A stretch of 64,000 bases of DNA from Kiritimatiellia bacterium. GTDB taxonomy: Bacteria > Verrucomicrobiota > Kiritimatiellia > RFP12 > UBA1067. Below the pieces are notes generated by a model. It was given only the letters and a program-made list of their open reading frames with translations. It was not told the DNA's origin and made no database searches. The stretch is from NCBI GenBank assembly GCA_050949565.1, contig JBMNFY010000017.1:32001-96000 (forward strand). Reading direction: 5' to 3'. Shown here piece by piece: positions 18,441 through 35,156 of the stretch (position 1 is the first letter of the stretch; every line of letters starts with the position of its first letter). The position numbers and the translations under genes were made by a program.

Positions 18441-20207
18441 TCATTTGTTGAAGCCCTTGTGGTTCATGAATTCCCAGATGCGCCCCATCCACGTGTAACT
18501 GCCGGTGCCCGGAGCGGCCTTGCGCTGGAAGCAGTGGGGACGGCCAACCAGCGTGTGAAGATCTCCCTGGATGCCCATCCGGCGGAGCTGCTCCCAGCAT
18601 TTGATCGAGTTCATCGCCGCCCAGCCGTCTGCATCGCCGTGGATGAAGAGGATCGGGCATGTGGCGAGGTCGAATGAAAACTCGGGAACGAGCCGCGAAT
18701 CGTCTTCGTTACCGCCCTGTGTATTCGGTTTTTCCGCGCCGTCCGTAAGCGCATACGCCGGATAGATCGCAATCGCCCACTGCACGCTGCAGGAGAGCTT
18801 GTCCAGGTCGTCGATCGGCCAATAGGCGCGGCGCTTTGAACTGGTCGCACCCATAAGCGTCAGATGCCCGCCAGCGGAGGAACCCATGATGCCGATGCGG
18901 TCGGGATCAAGCCCCAACGCCGCAGCCTGGCTGCGGACAACCCGCACGGCGCGCTGCAAGTCCTGCCATGCCGTTGTGTGCTTGGCCAGCCCGCCCAATG
19001 GACGCGGTGTGCGGTATTTCATCGTCACGACGGTCATGCCCTTTTCATTCAGGAAGCGCCGCGTCGGCGCGACTTCGAAGCCGTCAGGGCTGTTGCCCAT
19101 GTAGCTGCCGCCCGAGTAGATGATCTGGATCGCCTTTGTCGTGCGCGTCTTCGGCATGTGCCACTCAAGATAGGGCACGCACTGGTTGGTCTGCAAATCC
19201 GGTATCCGGCCTTCCGGCCAGACGGGCTCCTTGCGATATCCATCGCGGGCGTCGTCGTTTGGATAGCGGGCCATTAGATCGACCTCCTCGCCGAGGCGTC
19301 CGTCAAAGTTCATCTGGCGAAGGTACTCGGCGATCCGGTCGAGCCAATTGTCGTAGGCGGTGCCTTGCTCGCCCTTGCTCGGATCACCCATGAAGCCGTG
19401 CGGCCGATCCGCAAAGAGGTGAATCTCGGCGGGGATTTTCATGCGGCGAAGTTGGCGGTAAATCTGCGTGGAGCCATTCGGCGAATAGACGTCCGTCCCG
19501 CCATGGAAAAGCACCATCGGGCAGGTCTTCGCATCGAACTTAAACACGTCTGTGAGTTTAACATCAATCGCGTCGCCATCACGCGTATTGGGGCCGGTCA
19601 ACCCGTCGGTGAGCGCATAAGCGGTGTAGATCGGTATCGCCCAGTTGACATGGCACGGAAGCTGATCGAGCGCGTCGACCGCCTCGTATGCCGGCGTAAG
19701 CGCGCTCGTCGCGAGCAAGACCGTCAGGTGCGAACCTGCGGAGAAGCCGAACGCGCCGATCTTCTCCGGATCGAAGCCGCGTTTCTGCGCCTCGCTGCGC
19801 ACGAGACGGACGGCGCGCTGGCCGTCCTGCCACCCGCTCTGATAGATCGGCAGACCTTGCGGGCGTGGCGTCCGATAGGTGAGGCTGACACAGACAAACC
19901 CGAGGTCAAGCAGCTTCTTGGCGACCCGGTCAATCCAGACTCCGTCGCAACAGTTTTGATAGCCGCCGCCGGAAATCAACAGCATGCACGCGCCGTTTTT
20001 CTCCACCGGCGGATCGTACCAGTCGAGATACGGCATCACACGCTCGGCCGGCTTGAATCCTGGCTCTTTGACCTCCTGGGTAGTCGCCGCAATCTGTTGG
20101 GGCTGGAAATTCGGAATCTTGCCTTCCGGCCAGAGCGTGACCCGCTCCCCGGCGAACGCCAATACGGCCACCGAGAACCATGCCCCAAAAATCCATGCTC
20201 TTTTCAT
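18441..20207 (-). CDS. Secreted tandem alpha/beta hydrolase (two esterase domains)
   Basis: Signal peptide; two homologous halves with nucleophile elbows GFSAG and GSSAG, each followed by 'FHG..D' and a catalytic His region. Confidence 0.88.
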   Translation of the reverse strand: MKRAWIFGAWFSVAVLAFAGERVTLWPEGKIPNFQPQQIAATTQEVKEPGFKPAERVMPYLDWYDPPVEKNGACMLLISGGGYQNCCDGVWIDRVAKKLLDLGFVCVSLTYRTPRPQGLPIYQSGWQDGQRAVRLVRSEAQKRGFDPEKIGAFGFSAGSHLTVLLATSALTPAYEAVDALDQLPCHVNWAIPIYTAYALTDGLTGPNTRDGDAIDVKLTDVFKFDAKTCPMVLFHGGTDVYSPNGSTQIYRQLRRMKIPAEIHLFADRPHGFMGDPSKGEQGTAYDNWLDRIAEYLRQMNFDGRLGEEVDLMARYPNDDARDGYRKEPVWPEGRIPDLQTNQCVPYLEWHMPKTRTTKAIQIIYSGGSYMGNSPDGFEVAPTRRFLNEKGMTVVTMKYRTPRPLGGLAKHTTAWQDLQRAVRVVRSQAAALGLDPDRIGIMGSSAGGHLTLMGATSSKRRAYWPIDDLDKLSCSVQWAIAIYPAYALTDGAEKPNTQGGNEDDSRLVPEFSFDLATCPILFIHGDADGWAAMNSIKCWEQLRRMGIQGDLHTLVGRPHCFQRKAAPGTGSYTWMGRIWEFMNHKGFNK

Positions 20208-20283
20208 CGTATCATTCCCTTCATTTTATTCTGTGAATATCCCATCCGGCGCACCGCGCCGCTGGACAAAGCTGTTCGAACCA

Positions 20284-21582
20284 TCAAGGCGTGCCGAAGC
20301 AATAGAAGTCCCCGAGCGTACGCAGATAGAGCCGGCTTTTCAGGATCACCGGCGTGGCAAAGACCCCGGACGGCAGGGTGTTCGTCACGACGCCGCCGAA
20401 TGAACGGCTAGCAGGTATGACAAACCCACCTCCCTTGCGGTCGAAAAGATAGAGATGACCATTCGCCAACGTAGGCGAGGAGTAGAACGGCGTTTTGAAA
20501 TCGTACTGCCAGACCACCTGTCCATCCTTTGCATCGTAACACCGGAACAAGCCCTGATCGGAAACCGCATACAGCAACCCTTGGTGAAGCAACGGCGACG
20601 GCACATACCCCGCCTTGGCGTCCCCCGTCCACGTCACATGCGTCTGCGTTACATCGCCCTGTCCGTCGGCACGGATGGCGAGCGTTTTTCGCCCCGGATA
20701 TCCGCCCGTCGCGTAGACCGTCGACTCGTCTGCTACTGGCGTTGCCACGCAGGTGCGCGCCGGGCCTTCGCAGTTCCACAGTAACGCTCCGTTGTTGGGA
20801 TCATAGCCGCGTGTGCTCAACCCGCCGATAAGCAGCAACTGTTCGCGACCGGCAACCGTACGCACCAAGGCGGGCGCATAGCTCTCGTTGTTGGCGCGGA
20901 TGGTTCTGCGCCAGACTATATCGCCGGTGGCGCGGTGAAAGGCTGTCAGGTAACATCCCTTGGGACCTTCCACAGGTACGATCACAGCCGATTTGTAGAG
21001 CGCGGGTGAGGCGGAGTATCCTTGGATCGTGTTGTAGGGCGCGACGGTTTTGCGCCAAAGGATATCGCCGTTCATGGAGACCGCCGCCATTTCGACACCG
21101 GCCCCGACCTGATATGGCACAAACAGCCGTTCGCCATCGCAAGCCGGTGTCGCGGCGGCCGGTGCGTTGTCGGGATGCAGCCTCCCGACGGGGCCGGCAT
21201 AGATTTCGGTCTGCCAGACGGTTTTCCCGGTCGCGCGTTCCAAGCCGTAGAGCCAAAGCTGCGCGCGGTCCTTCGTCTTCTCCCCCGCCGTGACATAAAT
21301 CCGATCGCCAACTATGACCGGTGTCGAGTGGCCGAGTCCCTGCAACGTGACGCGCCAGATGAGGTTTGAGCGTTCACCCCACACCGTCGGCGGCGATTGG
21401 TTGTCCGGCGCGATATTATCAAGCGCCGGACCGCGCCACCAAGGCCAGTCGCCGACAGCCGCAACAGGCGGCGGCAACGTATCCCATCCGTCTTTCGGTT
21501 CGACCTCTGGCAGCGTACCGCCGTGCATCCGGTACGCCAACATGCCGACCGTCAAAACCACTGCCGCAACTTTTACGTTCAT
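20284..21582 (-). CDS. PQQ-binding-like beta-propeller repeat protein (BamB-like family expanded in PVC bacteria)
   Basis: 'DWPWWRGP', 'GHSTPVIVGDRIY', repeated 'TGxxxW' blades, 'YVPSPL', 'FATPV'. Confidence 0.88.
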   Translation of the reverse strand: MNVKVAAVVLTVGMLAYRMHGGTLPEVEPKDGWDTLPPPVAAVGDWPWWRGPALDNIAPDNQSPPTVWGERSNLIWRVTLQGLGHSTPVIVGDRIYVTAGEKTKDRAQLWLYGLERATGKTVWQTEIYAGPVGRLHPDNAPAAATPACDGERLFVPYQVGAGVEMAAVSMNGDILWRKTVAPYNTIQGYSASPALYKSAVIVPVEGPKGCYLTAFHRATGDIVWRRTIRANNESYAPALVRTVAGREQLLLIGGLSTRGYDPNNGALLWNCEGPARTCVATPVADESTVYATGGYPGRKTLAIRADGQGDVTQTHVTWTGDAKAGYVPSPLLHQGLLYAVSDQGLFRCYDAKDGQVVWQYDFKTPFYSSPTLANGHLYLFDRKGGGFVIPASRSFGGVVTNTLPSGVFATPVILKSRLYLRTLGDFYCFGTP

Positions 21583-21669
21583 GATTCCCCCTAGCCCTCG
21601 GTCATTCCAAGTACGTTGAAGCGTATCGAAAGCAGTTGCGGGCGTCCAGCCGATTTATATCATTCGCGC

Positions 21670-21712
21670 AAAAACAGCGGGCGGGGTGCATCATGCACCC
21701 CGCCCGCTGTTT
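21670..21712 (-). terminator. Intrinsic terminator downstream of rpoC
   Basis: Long GC-rich inverted repeat AAACAGCGGGCGGGGTGCAT-C-ATGCACCCCGCCCGCTGTTT, ending in a 5-U run on the minus strand, 15 bp after the rpoC stop. Confidence 0.85.
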
Positions 21713-21727
21713 GATCAAATGACGTGC

Positions 21728-24700
21728 TTAGATGAAGACGTCGTCAAGCTGGCTCTGGGCTTCGGCTTGAAGCGCCGCCATCTCCTCCTCGCTGATCGGC
21801 TCGGCCAGCGGCACGAGCTTGATGTGACGGTGCAACGGGAAGCCGGTACCGCCCGGAATCAGATGGCCAAGGATGACGTTCTCCTTGAATCCGCGCAACT
21901 CGTCCACGCGACCCATAGCGGCCGCGTCAGTAAGCACACGCGTGGTGTCCTGGAAGGAGGCTGCCGAGATGAAGCTGTCGGTCTCGAGCGACGCCTTGGT
22001 GATACCCAGCAACGCGGGCTGCGCCTCGGCGGGCCGCTTGCCTTCGGCCACGATCTCCTCGTTGACCTCCAAGAACTTCTGCCGCGTGACCTGCTCGCCC
22101 CAGAGGAAGTCGGTGTCGCCAGGGTTGGTGATGCGGACCTTGCGCAACATCTGACGCACGATGATCTCGATGTGCTTATCGTTGATCTCCACACCCTGCA
22201 GGCGGTAGACCTGCTGCACCTCGTTGACCAAGTAGCGTTGCAGTTCCTGAGGACCGCAGATGTCGAGAATCTCCTGCGGCACCACCGGACCCTCGGTGAG
22301 CTGCTGACCCTTCTTGACGCGGTCGCCCTTAAACACGACCACCTGCTTGCCCATCGGGAACAGATGTTCCTCGACATGGCCGGTCACTTCGTCGCGTACG
22401 ATCAGGCAGCGTTTGCCGCGCGTATGCTCGCCGAAGTCCACGACACCCTCGATACGCGAGATTTCTGCCGCATCCTTGGGCTGACGCGCCTCGAAAAGCT
22501 CGGCCACGCGCGGCAGACCGCCGGTGATGTCGCGCGTCTTCGCCTCTTTACGCGGCGTCTTCGCGATCATCATGCCGGGCGACACACGTGCACCCTCTTT
22601 CGCCATAACGACGGCACCGGCCGGGATATGGTAGAAGCCCAGAATTTCGCGGGTCTCCGGATCGGTGACGATGATCTGCGGATGCAGATCCTCCTTGGTA
22701 TCGAGCACCACCAAGGTGCTCATACCGGTCTCCGGATCCACATCGGTACGGACTGACACATCGTCCACAAAATCTTGGAACGACACGGCACCGTGCTTTT
22801 CAGCCATAATCGGCACAGAGTGCGGATCCCACATGGCCACGCGCTGGCCGGGCTTGATAGCCGCGCCGTCCTCGGCGAGCAACACCGTACCCATCTGTAG
22901 GTTGTAGGTATCAATCTCAACACCGTTTTCATCGACGATCTGGATCGAGCCGTTCTTATTGAGCACGACCGAGTTACCCTCGTCATTGCGCACAGTACGC
23001 AGATCAACATACTTGATTAAACCGCCGTGCTTGAGCACGATTTCTGGAGCCTTCGACACCGTCGACACCGTGCCGCCGATATGGAAGGTCCGCATCGTCA
23101 ACTGCGTGCCCGGTTCGCCAATGGACTGCGCCGCAATAATACCGACCGCCGTGCCGATCTCAACGGGCTTGCCCGAGGAGAGGTCGCGACCGTAGCATTT
23201 CGCGCACATGCCGTAAGGCGCGTCGCACGTGAGACCGCTGCGGATCCAGACACGTTCGATACCGGCATCTTCCAGGGCCTTGCAGGCTGTCTCGTCGATC
23301 TCCGCGTTCGATGCGACCAACACATCGCCGGTCGCGGGGTGGCGGATATCGTAGAGCGCCGTACGGCCCAGTACACGGGTGCGCAACGGGATCAACGTCT
23401 CGTCGCCCTCTTCGACCGCCTCGACCTCGATGCCGTTCACGGTGTTGCAGTCTTGAATCGTGATGATCACGTCCTGCGCCACATCCACCAGCTTACGCGT
23501 CAGATAACCGGCGTCGGCCGTCTTGAGCGCGGTGTCGGCCAGACCCTTACGCGCACCGTGGGTGGAGATGAAGTACTCCAACACACTGAGACCTTCGCGG
23601 AACGACGCCGTAATGGGACGCTCGATAATTTCACCGGACGGATTGGCCATCAGACCGCGCATACCAGCGAGCTGACGGATCTGCAACTTCGAACCGCGGG
23701 ACTTGGAGTCCACCATCATGAAAACCGGGTTGGTCTCAGTCGGGTTGGGCTGTGCTTCTGTCACGTTGCGGTCGATCGCCTTGTACAGATCATCCGACAC
23801 CTTTTCGGTGGCGGCCGTCCACACGTCGACGATCTTGTTGTGTCGCTCGCCGTCCGTAATCACACCAGTCAAGAATTGGCTGTTAACCTTCTCGACCTCG
23901 GCATAGGCATTAGCAATGATCTCTTCCTTGTGCTGCGGACGGATCATGTCTTTCAAACCCATCGAAACACCCGCCAGAGTGGCGTGTTTGAAACCGAGCG
24001 TCTTCAACTCATCCAATACTTGGACCGTGACGGCATGGCCGGCCACCTGATGGCAATGCAGAATCAGGTCACCGAGCTTGCTCTTGTCGACCTTGTCATT
24101 AACATAGCCCAACTCGTCCGGCCAGATCTCGTTGAAGATCACGCGGCCGGCGGTCGTCTCAATCACGCGGACATCCGGGGTGCCATAACGACGGCCTTCG
24201 CTACCGAAGTCCGGATTGCGCAGGCGGATACGCGTATGGTACGTGATAGCCTTTTCAGCCAGGGCAAAGTCAACCTCCGCCGCGTCATTGAAGAGCGGCA
24301 GATGCGTCTCGTCGGGCGGCGTCTTGCCAGCGATCTTGCCGGCCAGCTTGTCGCTTTGGCTCGGGATGGTCAAGTAATAGATGCCCAGAGCAATATCCTG
24401 CGTCGGCGTCATGATCGACTTACCGGAGGCCGGCGAGAAGATCGAGTTAGAGGCCAGCATCAGCAGGCGGCTCTCCAACTGCGCTTCGACCGACAGCGGC
24501 ACGTGCACGGCCATCTGGTCACCGTCAAAGTCAGCGTTGAATGCGGTACAGACCATCGGATGGATGCGAATCGCCTCGCCTTCGACCAGTACCGGCTCGA
24601 AACTCTGAATCGAGAGACGGTGCAACGTCGGCGCGCGGTTGAGCATCACGGTCTTGCCCTTGGTCACCTCTTCGAGGATGTCCCAAACCTGCTCGTCATG

Positions 24701-25918
24701 GCGCTCGATCATCTTGCGCGCCGTGCGCACGGTATGGCAGATGCTCTTCTCCTTGAGACGGCGGATGATGAACGGCTCAAAGAGCGTCAACGCCATTTTT
24801 TTGGGCAAGCCGCACTGCGTGATCTTCAGTTCGGGGCCGACGACGATCACCGAACGTCCGGAGTAGTCCACGCGCTTACCGAGCAGATTCTGACGGAAGC
24901 GACCGGTCTTGCCTTTGAGCATATCACTCAGCGACTTGAGCGGACGGTTGCCGGCGCCAGCGACGGCGCGACCGTGGCGACCGTTGTCGAATACCGCGTC
25001 AACCGCCTCCTGCAACATACGCTTCTCGTTACGGATGATGACATCCGGCGTCTTGAGCAACAGCAGGTTCTTCAGACGATTGTTACGGTTGATCACGCGA
25101 CGATAGAGATCGTTCAGATCCGACGTCGCGAAGCGGCCGCCCTCGAGCGGCACCAACGGACGCAACTCCGGCGGAATCACCGGTAGGCAGTCCAGGATCA
25201 TCCACTCGGGGCGCGCCTTGCTGGAGCGGAATCCATCCGCGACCTTCATACGCTTGGTGATCTTTTTACGCGTCTGCTTGCTGCGTGTGTTTTCGATCTG
25301 CTCTTCAAGATCCTGCATGAGTTGGTCGAGATCGACCTTGTTGAGCGCGCGGCGGACTGCCTCTGCGCCCATCATTGCCGTGAAGCCCTCGCCGTACTTC
25401 TCGACCGCCTCATGGTACTCGGTGTCCGTCAGCAATTGCAGATAATCCAGCGGCGTGTCGCCCGGATCGATGACCATGTAGTCTTCGTAGTAAAGCACGC
25501 GCTCCAGTTCGCTGGCGGTCTTGTCCAAGATCAGACCGATGCGGCTGGGGTTGCACTTGAAGAACCAGATGTGCGAGACCGGCACGGCCAGCTCGATGTG
25601 GCCCATACGCTGGCGGCGCACGCGCGACACCGTCACTTCGACACCGCAACGGTCACAGACCACGCCCTTGTGCTTGATCCGCTTATACTTACCGCACGCG
25701 CACTCCCAGTCGCGTGTGGGGCCAAAGATTCGCTCACAGAAGAGACCGTCACGTTCCGGACGGTAGGTCCGGTAGTTGATGGTCTCGGGATTGCGGACCT
25801 CGCCCTTGCTCCAGGAACGGATGGTCTCGGGCGACGCGAGTGTAATACTCACAGCGTCATAGTGCCCGCCCGCATCAAACATTCCACCAAACATTTCTCG
25901 TGCTGCATAAGGATTCAT
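21728..25918 (-). CDS. rpoC: DNA-directed RNA polymerase subunit beta'
   Basis: 'PETINYRT', Zn finger 'CACGKYK...CDRCGVE', 'NADFDGD', '[13 protein letters not shown]'. Confidence 0.99.
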   Translation of the reverse strand: MNPYAAREMFGGMFDAGGHYDAVSITLASPETIRSWSKGEVRNPETINYRTYRPERDGLFCERIFGPTRDWECACGKYKRIKHKGVVCDRCGVEVTVSRVRRQRMGHIELAVPVSHIWFFKCNPSRIGLILDKTASELERVLYYEDYMVIDPGDTPLDYLQLLTDTEYHEAVEKYGEGFTAMMGAEAVRRALNKVDLDQLMQDLEEQIENTRSKQTRKKITKRMKVADGFRSSKARPEWMILDCLPVIPPELRPLVPLEGGRFATSDLNDLYRRVINRNNRLKNLLLLKTPDVIIRNEKRMLQEAVDAVFDNGRHGRAVAGAGNRPLKSLSDMLKGKTGRFRQNLLGKRVDYSGRSVIVVGPELKITQCGLPKKMALTLFEPFIIRRLKEKSICHTVRTARKMIERHDEQVWDILEEVTKGKTVMLNRAPTLHRLSIQSFEPVLVEGEAIRIHPMVCTAFNADFDGDQMAVHVPLSVEAQLESRLLMLASNSIFSPASGKSIMTPTQDIALGIYYLTIPSQSDKLAGKIAGKTPPDETHLPLFNDAAEVDFALAEKAITYHTRIRLRNPDFGSEGRRYGTPDVRVIETTAGRVIFNEIWPDELGYVNDKVDKSKLGDLILHCHQVAGHAVTVQVLDELKTLGFKHATLAGVSMGLKDMIRPQHKEEIIANAYAEVEKVNSQFLTGVITDGERHNKIVDVWTAATEKVSDDLYKAIDRNVTEAQPNPTETNPVFMMVDSKSRGSKLQIRQLAGMRGLMANPSGEIIERPITASFREGLSVLEYFISTHGARKGLADTALKTADAGYLTRKLVDVAQDVIITIQDCNTVNGIEVEAVEEGDETLIPLRTRVLGRTALYDIRHPATGDVLVASNAEIDETACKALEDAGIERVWIRSGLTCDAPYGMCAKCYGRDLSSGKPVEIGTAVGIIAAQSIGEPGTQLTMRTFHIGGTVSTVSKAPEIVLKHGGLIKYVDLRTVRNDEGNSVVLNKNGSIQIVDENGVEIDTYNLQMGTVLLAEDGAAIKPGQRVAMWDPHSVPIMAEKHGAVSFQDFVDDVSVRTDVDPETGMSTLVVLDTKEDLHPQIIVTDPETREILGFYHIPAGAVVMAKEGARVSPGMMIAKTPRKEAKTRDITGGLPRVAELFEARQPKDAAEISRIEGVVDFGEHTRGKRCLIVRDEVTGHVEEHLFPMGKQVVVFKGDRVKKGQQLTEGPVVPQEILDICGPQELQRYLVNEVQQVYRLQGVEINDKHIEIIVRQMLRKVRITNPGDTDFLWGEQVTRQKFLEVNEEIVAEGKRPAEAQPALLGITKASLETDSFISAASFQDTTRVLTDAAAMGRVDELRGFKENVILGHLIPGGTGFPLHRHIKLVPLAEPISEEEMAALQAEAQSQLDDVFI

Positions 25919-25941
25919 TGTGAACCTCCTGAAGGGTCGCC

Positions 25942-29796
<3,855 letters not shown>

Positions 29797-30134
29797 TGCC
29801 TACCTCAGGTTGGAATGTTATGACAAGGGTTGTCAACTCAAGGACCCCGCACGCAGGAGCATTTGCGCCCCTGCCGCCCGCCGCGCGCCTTGACACAGTT
29901 CTCAGCCGGCCGGTTGTGAATGGAAGTGTGGTAAGCAGCCACTTTGTTAACTAATTCACACTTCGGCCGGTTCATGCATCATCAGGCGTCCGGGTGCGTT
30001 TTGTCCCTTTTTTGACAAACACGAAAATGATGACGGGCCGGGCTTCTTCCTCTCGGCGCACACGGCGCGTTGAGGAAAGCGAGGACTGCCCGCGTCATCA
30101 CCGGACAGTCCCCGCGTTTTACACGCGGCGCGTA

Positions 30135-30503
30135 TTACTTGATCTCGACCTTGGCGCCGGCCTTCTCAAGCTGTTCCTTCAGCTTCGCGGCCTCTTCCTT
30201 CGAGACGCCTTCCTTCACAGCCTTCGGAGCGGCTTCGACCAAGTCCTTGGCATCCTTCAGGCCGAGGCTCGTGATCGCACGCACTTCTTTAATCACGCCG
30301 ATCTTGTTGGCGCCGATCTCAGCCAGAATCACATCAAACTCTGTCTTCTCCTCAACCGGAGCAGCGGCAGCGGCAGGAGCCGCAGCGACAGCCACGGGAG
30401 CGGCGGCGGTAACGCCCCACTTCTCTTCCAGCGCCTTGACCAGCTTGGAGATCTCGAGCACCGAAAGGTTGCTCAGATATTCAATCACTTCTTCGTTCGT
30501 CAT
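30135..30503 (-). CDS. rplL: 50S ribosomal protein L7/L12
   Basis: '[14 protein letters not shown]...[10 protein letters not shown]...KIGVIKEVR...[10 protein letters not shown]'. Start at MTNEE (30503) with purine-rich RBS. Confidence 0.98.
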   Translation of the reverse strand: MTNEEVIEYLSNLSVLEISKLVKALEEKWGVTAAAPVAVAAAPAAAAAPVEEKTEFDVILAEIGANKIGVIKEVRAITSLGLKDAKDLVEAAPKAVKEGVSKEEAAKLKEQLEKAGAKVEIK

Positions 30504-30657
30504 GGTTCTCTTCCTTTTTTTGTGCAACCGCACGCGTTCATTCGCGGGCGGGGTTCCCGCTAGCGCCACTCCTCATAAAGGAGCCGTTCGCGCCACATGG
30601 CGCACTGGGGTGCCGACACCCGCCGACACCCGCGCCGTCGGTTTTTACGACACACGT

Positions 30658-31182
30658 TTATGCCGCAGATCCGTCTTTCTTCTCCTCGTACGCCTTGAGA
30701 GCGTAGAGCATATCCAACAGCGGCGCGTTCAACACGCGCACCAGGCTCGTCGCCGGCGCCTGCAGCGTGCCCAACAGCATGCCGCGCATGGCGTCCTTCG
30801 ACGGCAACTTCGAAAGTTCCTCCACTTCCTCCGCAGACAGCAGCGCTGCCTCGAAGCTGGCACCCTTGATCGCCGCCTTGTCATTCTGCTTCACAAAGGC
30901 GACCAGTGCCTTGGCTACTTCAGCCACATCGCCTCTGCCCGTCACGATGGCGGTCGGGCCGGAAAACAGCGCGGACACATCGCCCCAACCTAGATCCTTG
31001 GCGATTCGGCTCAGGTAGGTGTTTTTCACCACCATGGCGCGCGAGTCCAACTTGGTCAGGCTCTGACGCAACGTGGTCAGTTGCGTGACCTTGAGTCCGC
31101 CATAATTCAGGACAAAGCAGAAATCGGACGCTTTGACGCGCTCGATAACCTCATTCAGGATAGAAATTTTTTCGACTCTCAT
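30658..31182 (-). CDS. rplJ: 50S ribosomal protein L10
   Basis: 'YGGLKV..LR', 'VVKNT', 'SGPTAI', 'LSKLPSK'; position between rplA and rplL. Confidence 0.96.
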   Translation of the reverse strand: MRVEKISILNEVIERVKASDFCFVLNYGGLKVTQLTTLRQSLTKLDSRAMVVKNTYLSRIAKDLGWGDVSALFSGPTAIVTGRGDVAEVAKALVAFVKQNDKAAIKGASFEAALLSAEEVEELSKLPSKDAMRGMLLGTLQAPATSLVRVLNAPLLDMLYALKAYEEKKDGSAA

Positions 31183-31200
31183 ATCATCCCTCTCCCGCGA

Positions 31201-31896
31201 TTAAATCGCATCCTCGGTTTTGAGCTGCACGCGCACGCCCACACCCATCGTCGAACTGACCGTGAGGGAGCGGATGAACGTCCCTTTCGCCGCCGCCGGG
31301 CGCTCAGACTGAACCGCCTTCACGATGGCGTTGATGTTGCCGACCAGCTTGTCGGCGTCAAAACTGCTCTTGCCACAGAGCACGCAGACATTGCCGGTGC
31401 GGTCCATACGGAAATCAACTTTGCCGCCTTTGGCTGCCTTGACCGCTGCCGCCGTATCATCCGTCACCGTGCCGGTCTTGGGGTTCGGCATCAAGCCACG
31501 GGGGCCGAGCACACGGGCGATCTTACGCACCTCTTTCATCGCGTCGGTGGTCGCGATCGCCACGTCAAAGTCGGTCCAACCGTCCTTGACCTTTTCGATC
31601 AGTTCCTCATAGCCGACTTCATCCGCGCCAGCTTCCTTCGCATCATCGGCATGCACGCCGGCCGCGAACACGATCACTCGGATCGTCTTGCCGGTGCCGT
31701 GCGGCAGGGTGACGGTGCCGCGCACGGTCTGGTCGGACTTCTTGAAGTCCACGCCGAGGCGCATCGCGACTTCCACTGTCTCATCAAATTTCGCGTTGGC
31801 GTTGGCCTTCACAAATGCCACCGCCTCTTCCAAGCTGACCGGCTCCGTTGGGGCCTTCTTCAGCACATCGCTATAACGCTTGCCATGTTTTGCCAT
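31201..31896 (-). CDS. rplA: 50S ribosomal protein L1
   Basis: 'KFDETVE', 'VRGTVTLPHGTGK', 'LGPRGLMPNPKTGT', 'SSTMG'. Confidence 0.99.
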   Translation of the reverse strand: MAKHGKRYSDVLKKAPTEPVSLEEAVAFVKANANAKFDETVEVAMRLGVDFKKSDQTVRGTVTLPHGTGKTIRVIVFAAGVHADDAKEAGADEVGYEELIEKVKDGWTDFDVAIATTDAMKEVRKIARVLGPRGLMPNPKTGTVTDDTAAAVKAAKGGKVDFRMDRTGNVCVLCGKSSFDADKLVGNINAIVKAVQSERPAAAKGTFIRSLTVSSTMGVGVRVQLKTEDAI

Positions 31897-31914
31897 AATC
31901 CGTGTCCCCTTACC

Positions 31915-32340
31915 TTAGTCAACCACCTCGATACCCATATTACGCGCGGTACCTTCGATCATCCGCATCGCCGCCGCCTCGTCAGAAGCATTGAGGTCTG
32001 CCTTCTTGATCTCGGCGATCTTGCGGACCTGCTCGCGCGTGACTTTGCCGACCTTATCGCGGTTGGGGACCCCGGAGCCCTTCGCCAGCCCAGCCTCTTT
32101 CTTCAGCAGCGTGGAGGCAGGCGGGCTCTTGAACACAAGGGAAAAACTGCGGTCCGCATACACCGTGATGACCACGGGGATGATCAGGCCCGCTTTGTCT
32201 TGAGTCTTGGCGTTAAATTCTTTGCAGAACGCCATGATGTTGACGCCTTGCGAGCCCAGCGCGGGGCCCACCGGCGGCGCAGGATTCGCCGCACCTGCGG
32301 GAATCTGCAGTTTCACGATACCCGTGACTTTCTTCGCCAT
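31915..32340 (-). CDS. rplK: 50S ribosomal protein L11
   Basis: '[20 protein letters not shown]', 'FCKEFNA', 'GTARNMGI'. Confidence 0.99.
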   Translation of the reverse strand: MAKKVTGIVKLQIPAGAANPAPPVGPALGSQGVNIMAFCKEFNAKTQDKAGLIIPVVITVYADRSFSLVFKSPPASTLLKKEAGLAKGSGVPNRDKVGKVTREQVRKIAEIKKADLNASDEAAAMRMIEGTARNMGIEVVD

Positions 32341-32452
32341 AACTTTTACCTACTGTGTCTGTCGCGGCCCTCCCGGCATCCCCACCGGTACAGACGGACC
32401 GCAGTTGACGAGCCGCCGCCGCGCTCCAAACGCAACGGGATCGGCCGGACGG

Positions 32453-33019
32453 CTACGCGTTCTCGTTGACCGCGCGCTCGATCTGCCAATACTCCAGCTC
32501 GACCGGAGCGGAGCGCCCGAAGATCGCTACAGAGACCTTCAGCTTGCCCCGGTCAGGATCCACCTCATCGACGGTACCGCTGAAACTCATGAACGGACCG
32601 TCGATGATCTTTACGGCCTCACCCGGCTCAAACTGAACCTTAGGCTTGACCTTTTCCTTGTCCTTGTCCGCCGCCTGATTGACGATCGCATCAACCTCGT
32701 CGGCAGAAAGCGGCATCGGACGTTCGCCGCCAATAAAACCGATCACCCCCGGCGTCTCCTTAAGAAACCGCCAAGTGGGTTCCAGCACGTTGCGCTCCCC
32801 GTCATAGAGGGCCAGGTTAATCAACACATAACCTGGAAAAAACTTACGGGTGACGGTAGTCTTGACCCCGTTCCTGACCTCGGAAACCTTCTCAGTGGGG
32901 ATCATGACCTCGCCAATATACTCCCCCATCTCCTCGATCCGCACCCGCGCCTCAATCGAGCGCTTGACCTTCTGCTCCTGACCAGTCAGGGTGTGAAGCA
33001 CAAACCATTGTTTTGTCAT
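32453..33019 (-). CDS. nusG: Transcription termination/antitermination factor NusG
   Basis: 'WFVLHT', 'KFFPGYVLI', 'TPGVIGF', KOW motif '[12 protein letters not shown]', '[10 protein letters not shown]'. Confidence 0.98.
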   Translation of the reverse strand: MTKQWFVLHTLTGQEQKVKRSIEARVRIEEMGEYIGEVMIPTEKVSEVRNGVKTTVTRKFFPGYVLINLALYDGERNVLEPTWRFLKETPGVIGFIGGERPMPLSADEVDAIVNQAADKDKEKVKPKVQFEPGEAVKIIDGPFMSFSGTVDEVDPDRGKLKVSVAIFGRSAPVELEYWQIERAVNENA

Positions 33020-33034
33020 GGACGGCCCCCCGCG

Positions 33035-33238
33035 TTAGGCATGGATTAACTGCAGGAAAAACATGATGGTTTTGTCGCAGCACAACACCACCACGGCCAA
33101 GATCACGATAAACGTAATCACGACGATCGTCGAATCGACCAACTCTTGACGGTCAGGCCAAGAGATCTTTTTGAACTCGACCCCGACATCGCCGAGATAC
33201 GCTCCCAGACTCTGGATGATTTGCTTTACGTTGCTCAT
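33035..33238 (-). CDS. secE: Preprotein translocase subunit SecE
   Basis: 'EFKKISWPDRQEL..ST.VV' plus one TM helix; located between tRNA-Trp and nusG. Confidence 0.95.
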   Translation of the reverse strand: MSNVKQIIQSLGAYLGDVGVEFKKISWPDRQELVDSTIVVITFIVILAVVVLCCDKTIMFFLQLIHA

Positions 33239-33329
33239 GTCCCAAGACCCTTCGGTCGTTCCGCTCTCAAAACGCGAAAACCTGTTGCCGCTCCCCCGGC
33301 AGGGACGGCGACAGATACCCGTTCTAAAC

Positions 33330-33406
33330 TGGCAGGCCAGGAGGGACTCGAACCCCCAACGCCCGGTTTTGGAGACCGGTACTCTGCCAAATTGAGCTAC
33401 TGGCCT
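33330..33406 (-). tRNA. tRNA-Trp (CCA)
   Basis: AGGCCAGTAGCTCAATTTGGCAGAGTACCGGTCTCCAAAACCGGGCGTTGGGGGTTCGAGTCCCTCCTGGCCTGCCA folds as a cloverleaf with anticodon CCA and encoded CCA end. Confidence 0.97.
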
Positions 33407-33427
33407 AAAAACTTCCTCGAGAGACGA

Positions 33428-33580
33428 CTACCTCGTTTCGCGATGCAACGTACGCTTCCGCTCCGTCGGGCAGAACTTCTTCATCTCCAGACGGTTGGTC
33501 GTCGTACGCTTATTGCGCGTCGTCGTGTAATTGCGGCGCTTGCACTCAGTGCACGCCAAAATGGCTAATTCTCTCGGCAT
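33428..33580 (-). CDS. rpmG: 50S ribosomal protein L33
   Basis: [25 protein letters not shown]...LEMKKFCP...TLHRETR. Confidence 0.97.
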   Translation of the reverse strand: MPRELAILACTECKRRNYTTTRNKRTTTNRLEMKKFCPTERKRTLHRETR

Positions 33581-33665
33581 ATCCGCCTCTTTGCTCCTGT
33601 TTAAACCCCGTGCCACGTCCGGGACGCCGCAACGCCCCGGACGGACACGCTCACAGGAAGCTCAC

Positions 33666-34874
<1,209 letters not shown>

Positions 34875-34921
34875 TTTAGGTTTCCTCCTGTGAGTAGTGA
34901 CAAAAAGTCCATCGTCAAAGC

Positions 34922-34997
<76 letters not shown>

Positions 34998-35156
34998 CCT
35001 ATCCATCGCCCCGCGCGGGGCAAAAAACCCCTTACCCAACATCCCCGACGGCTTTAAGCCAACCCATCGTGACATCGTGCAGGAGTCCATTAAACCTTGC
35101 CAATGTTTGTTTCCCGCTTCCCGAAGGCACAACTCCGGAAAAAAGAAAACCCGATT

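Noticed and set aside
35000-35150. Additional tRNA (Tyr/Gly) upstream of tRNA-Thr
   Set aside because: No T-loop GTTCRA motif or cloverleaf found; it appears to be only a leader after the promoter.
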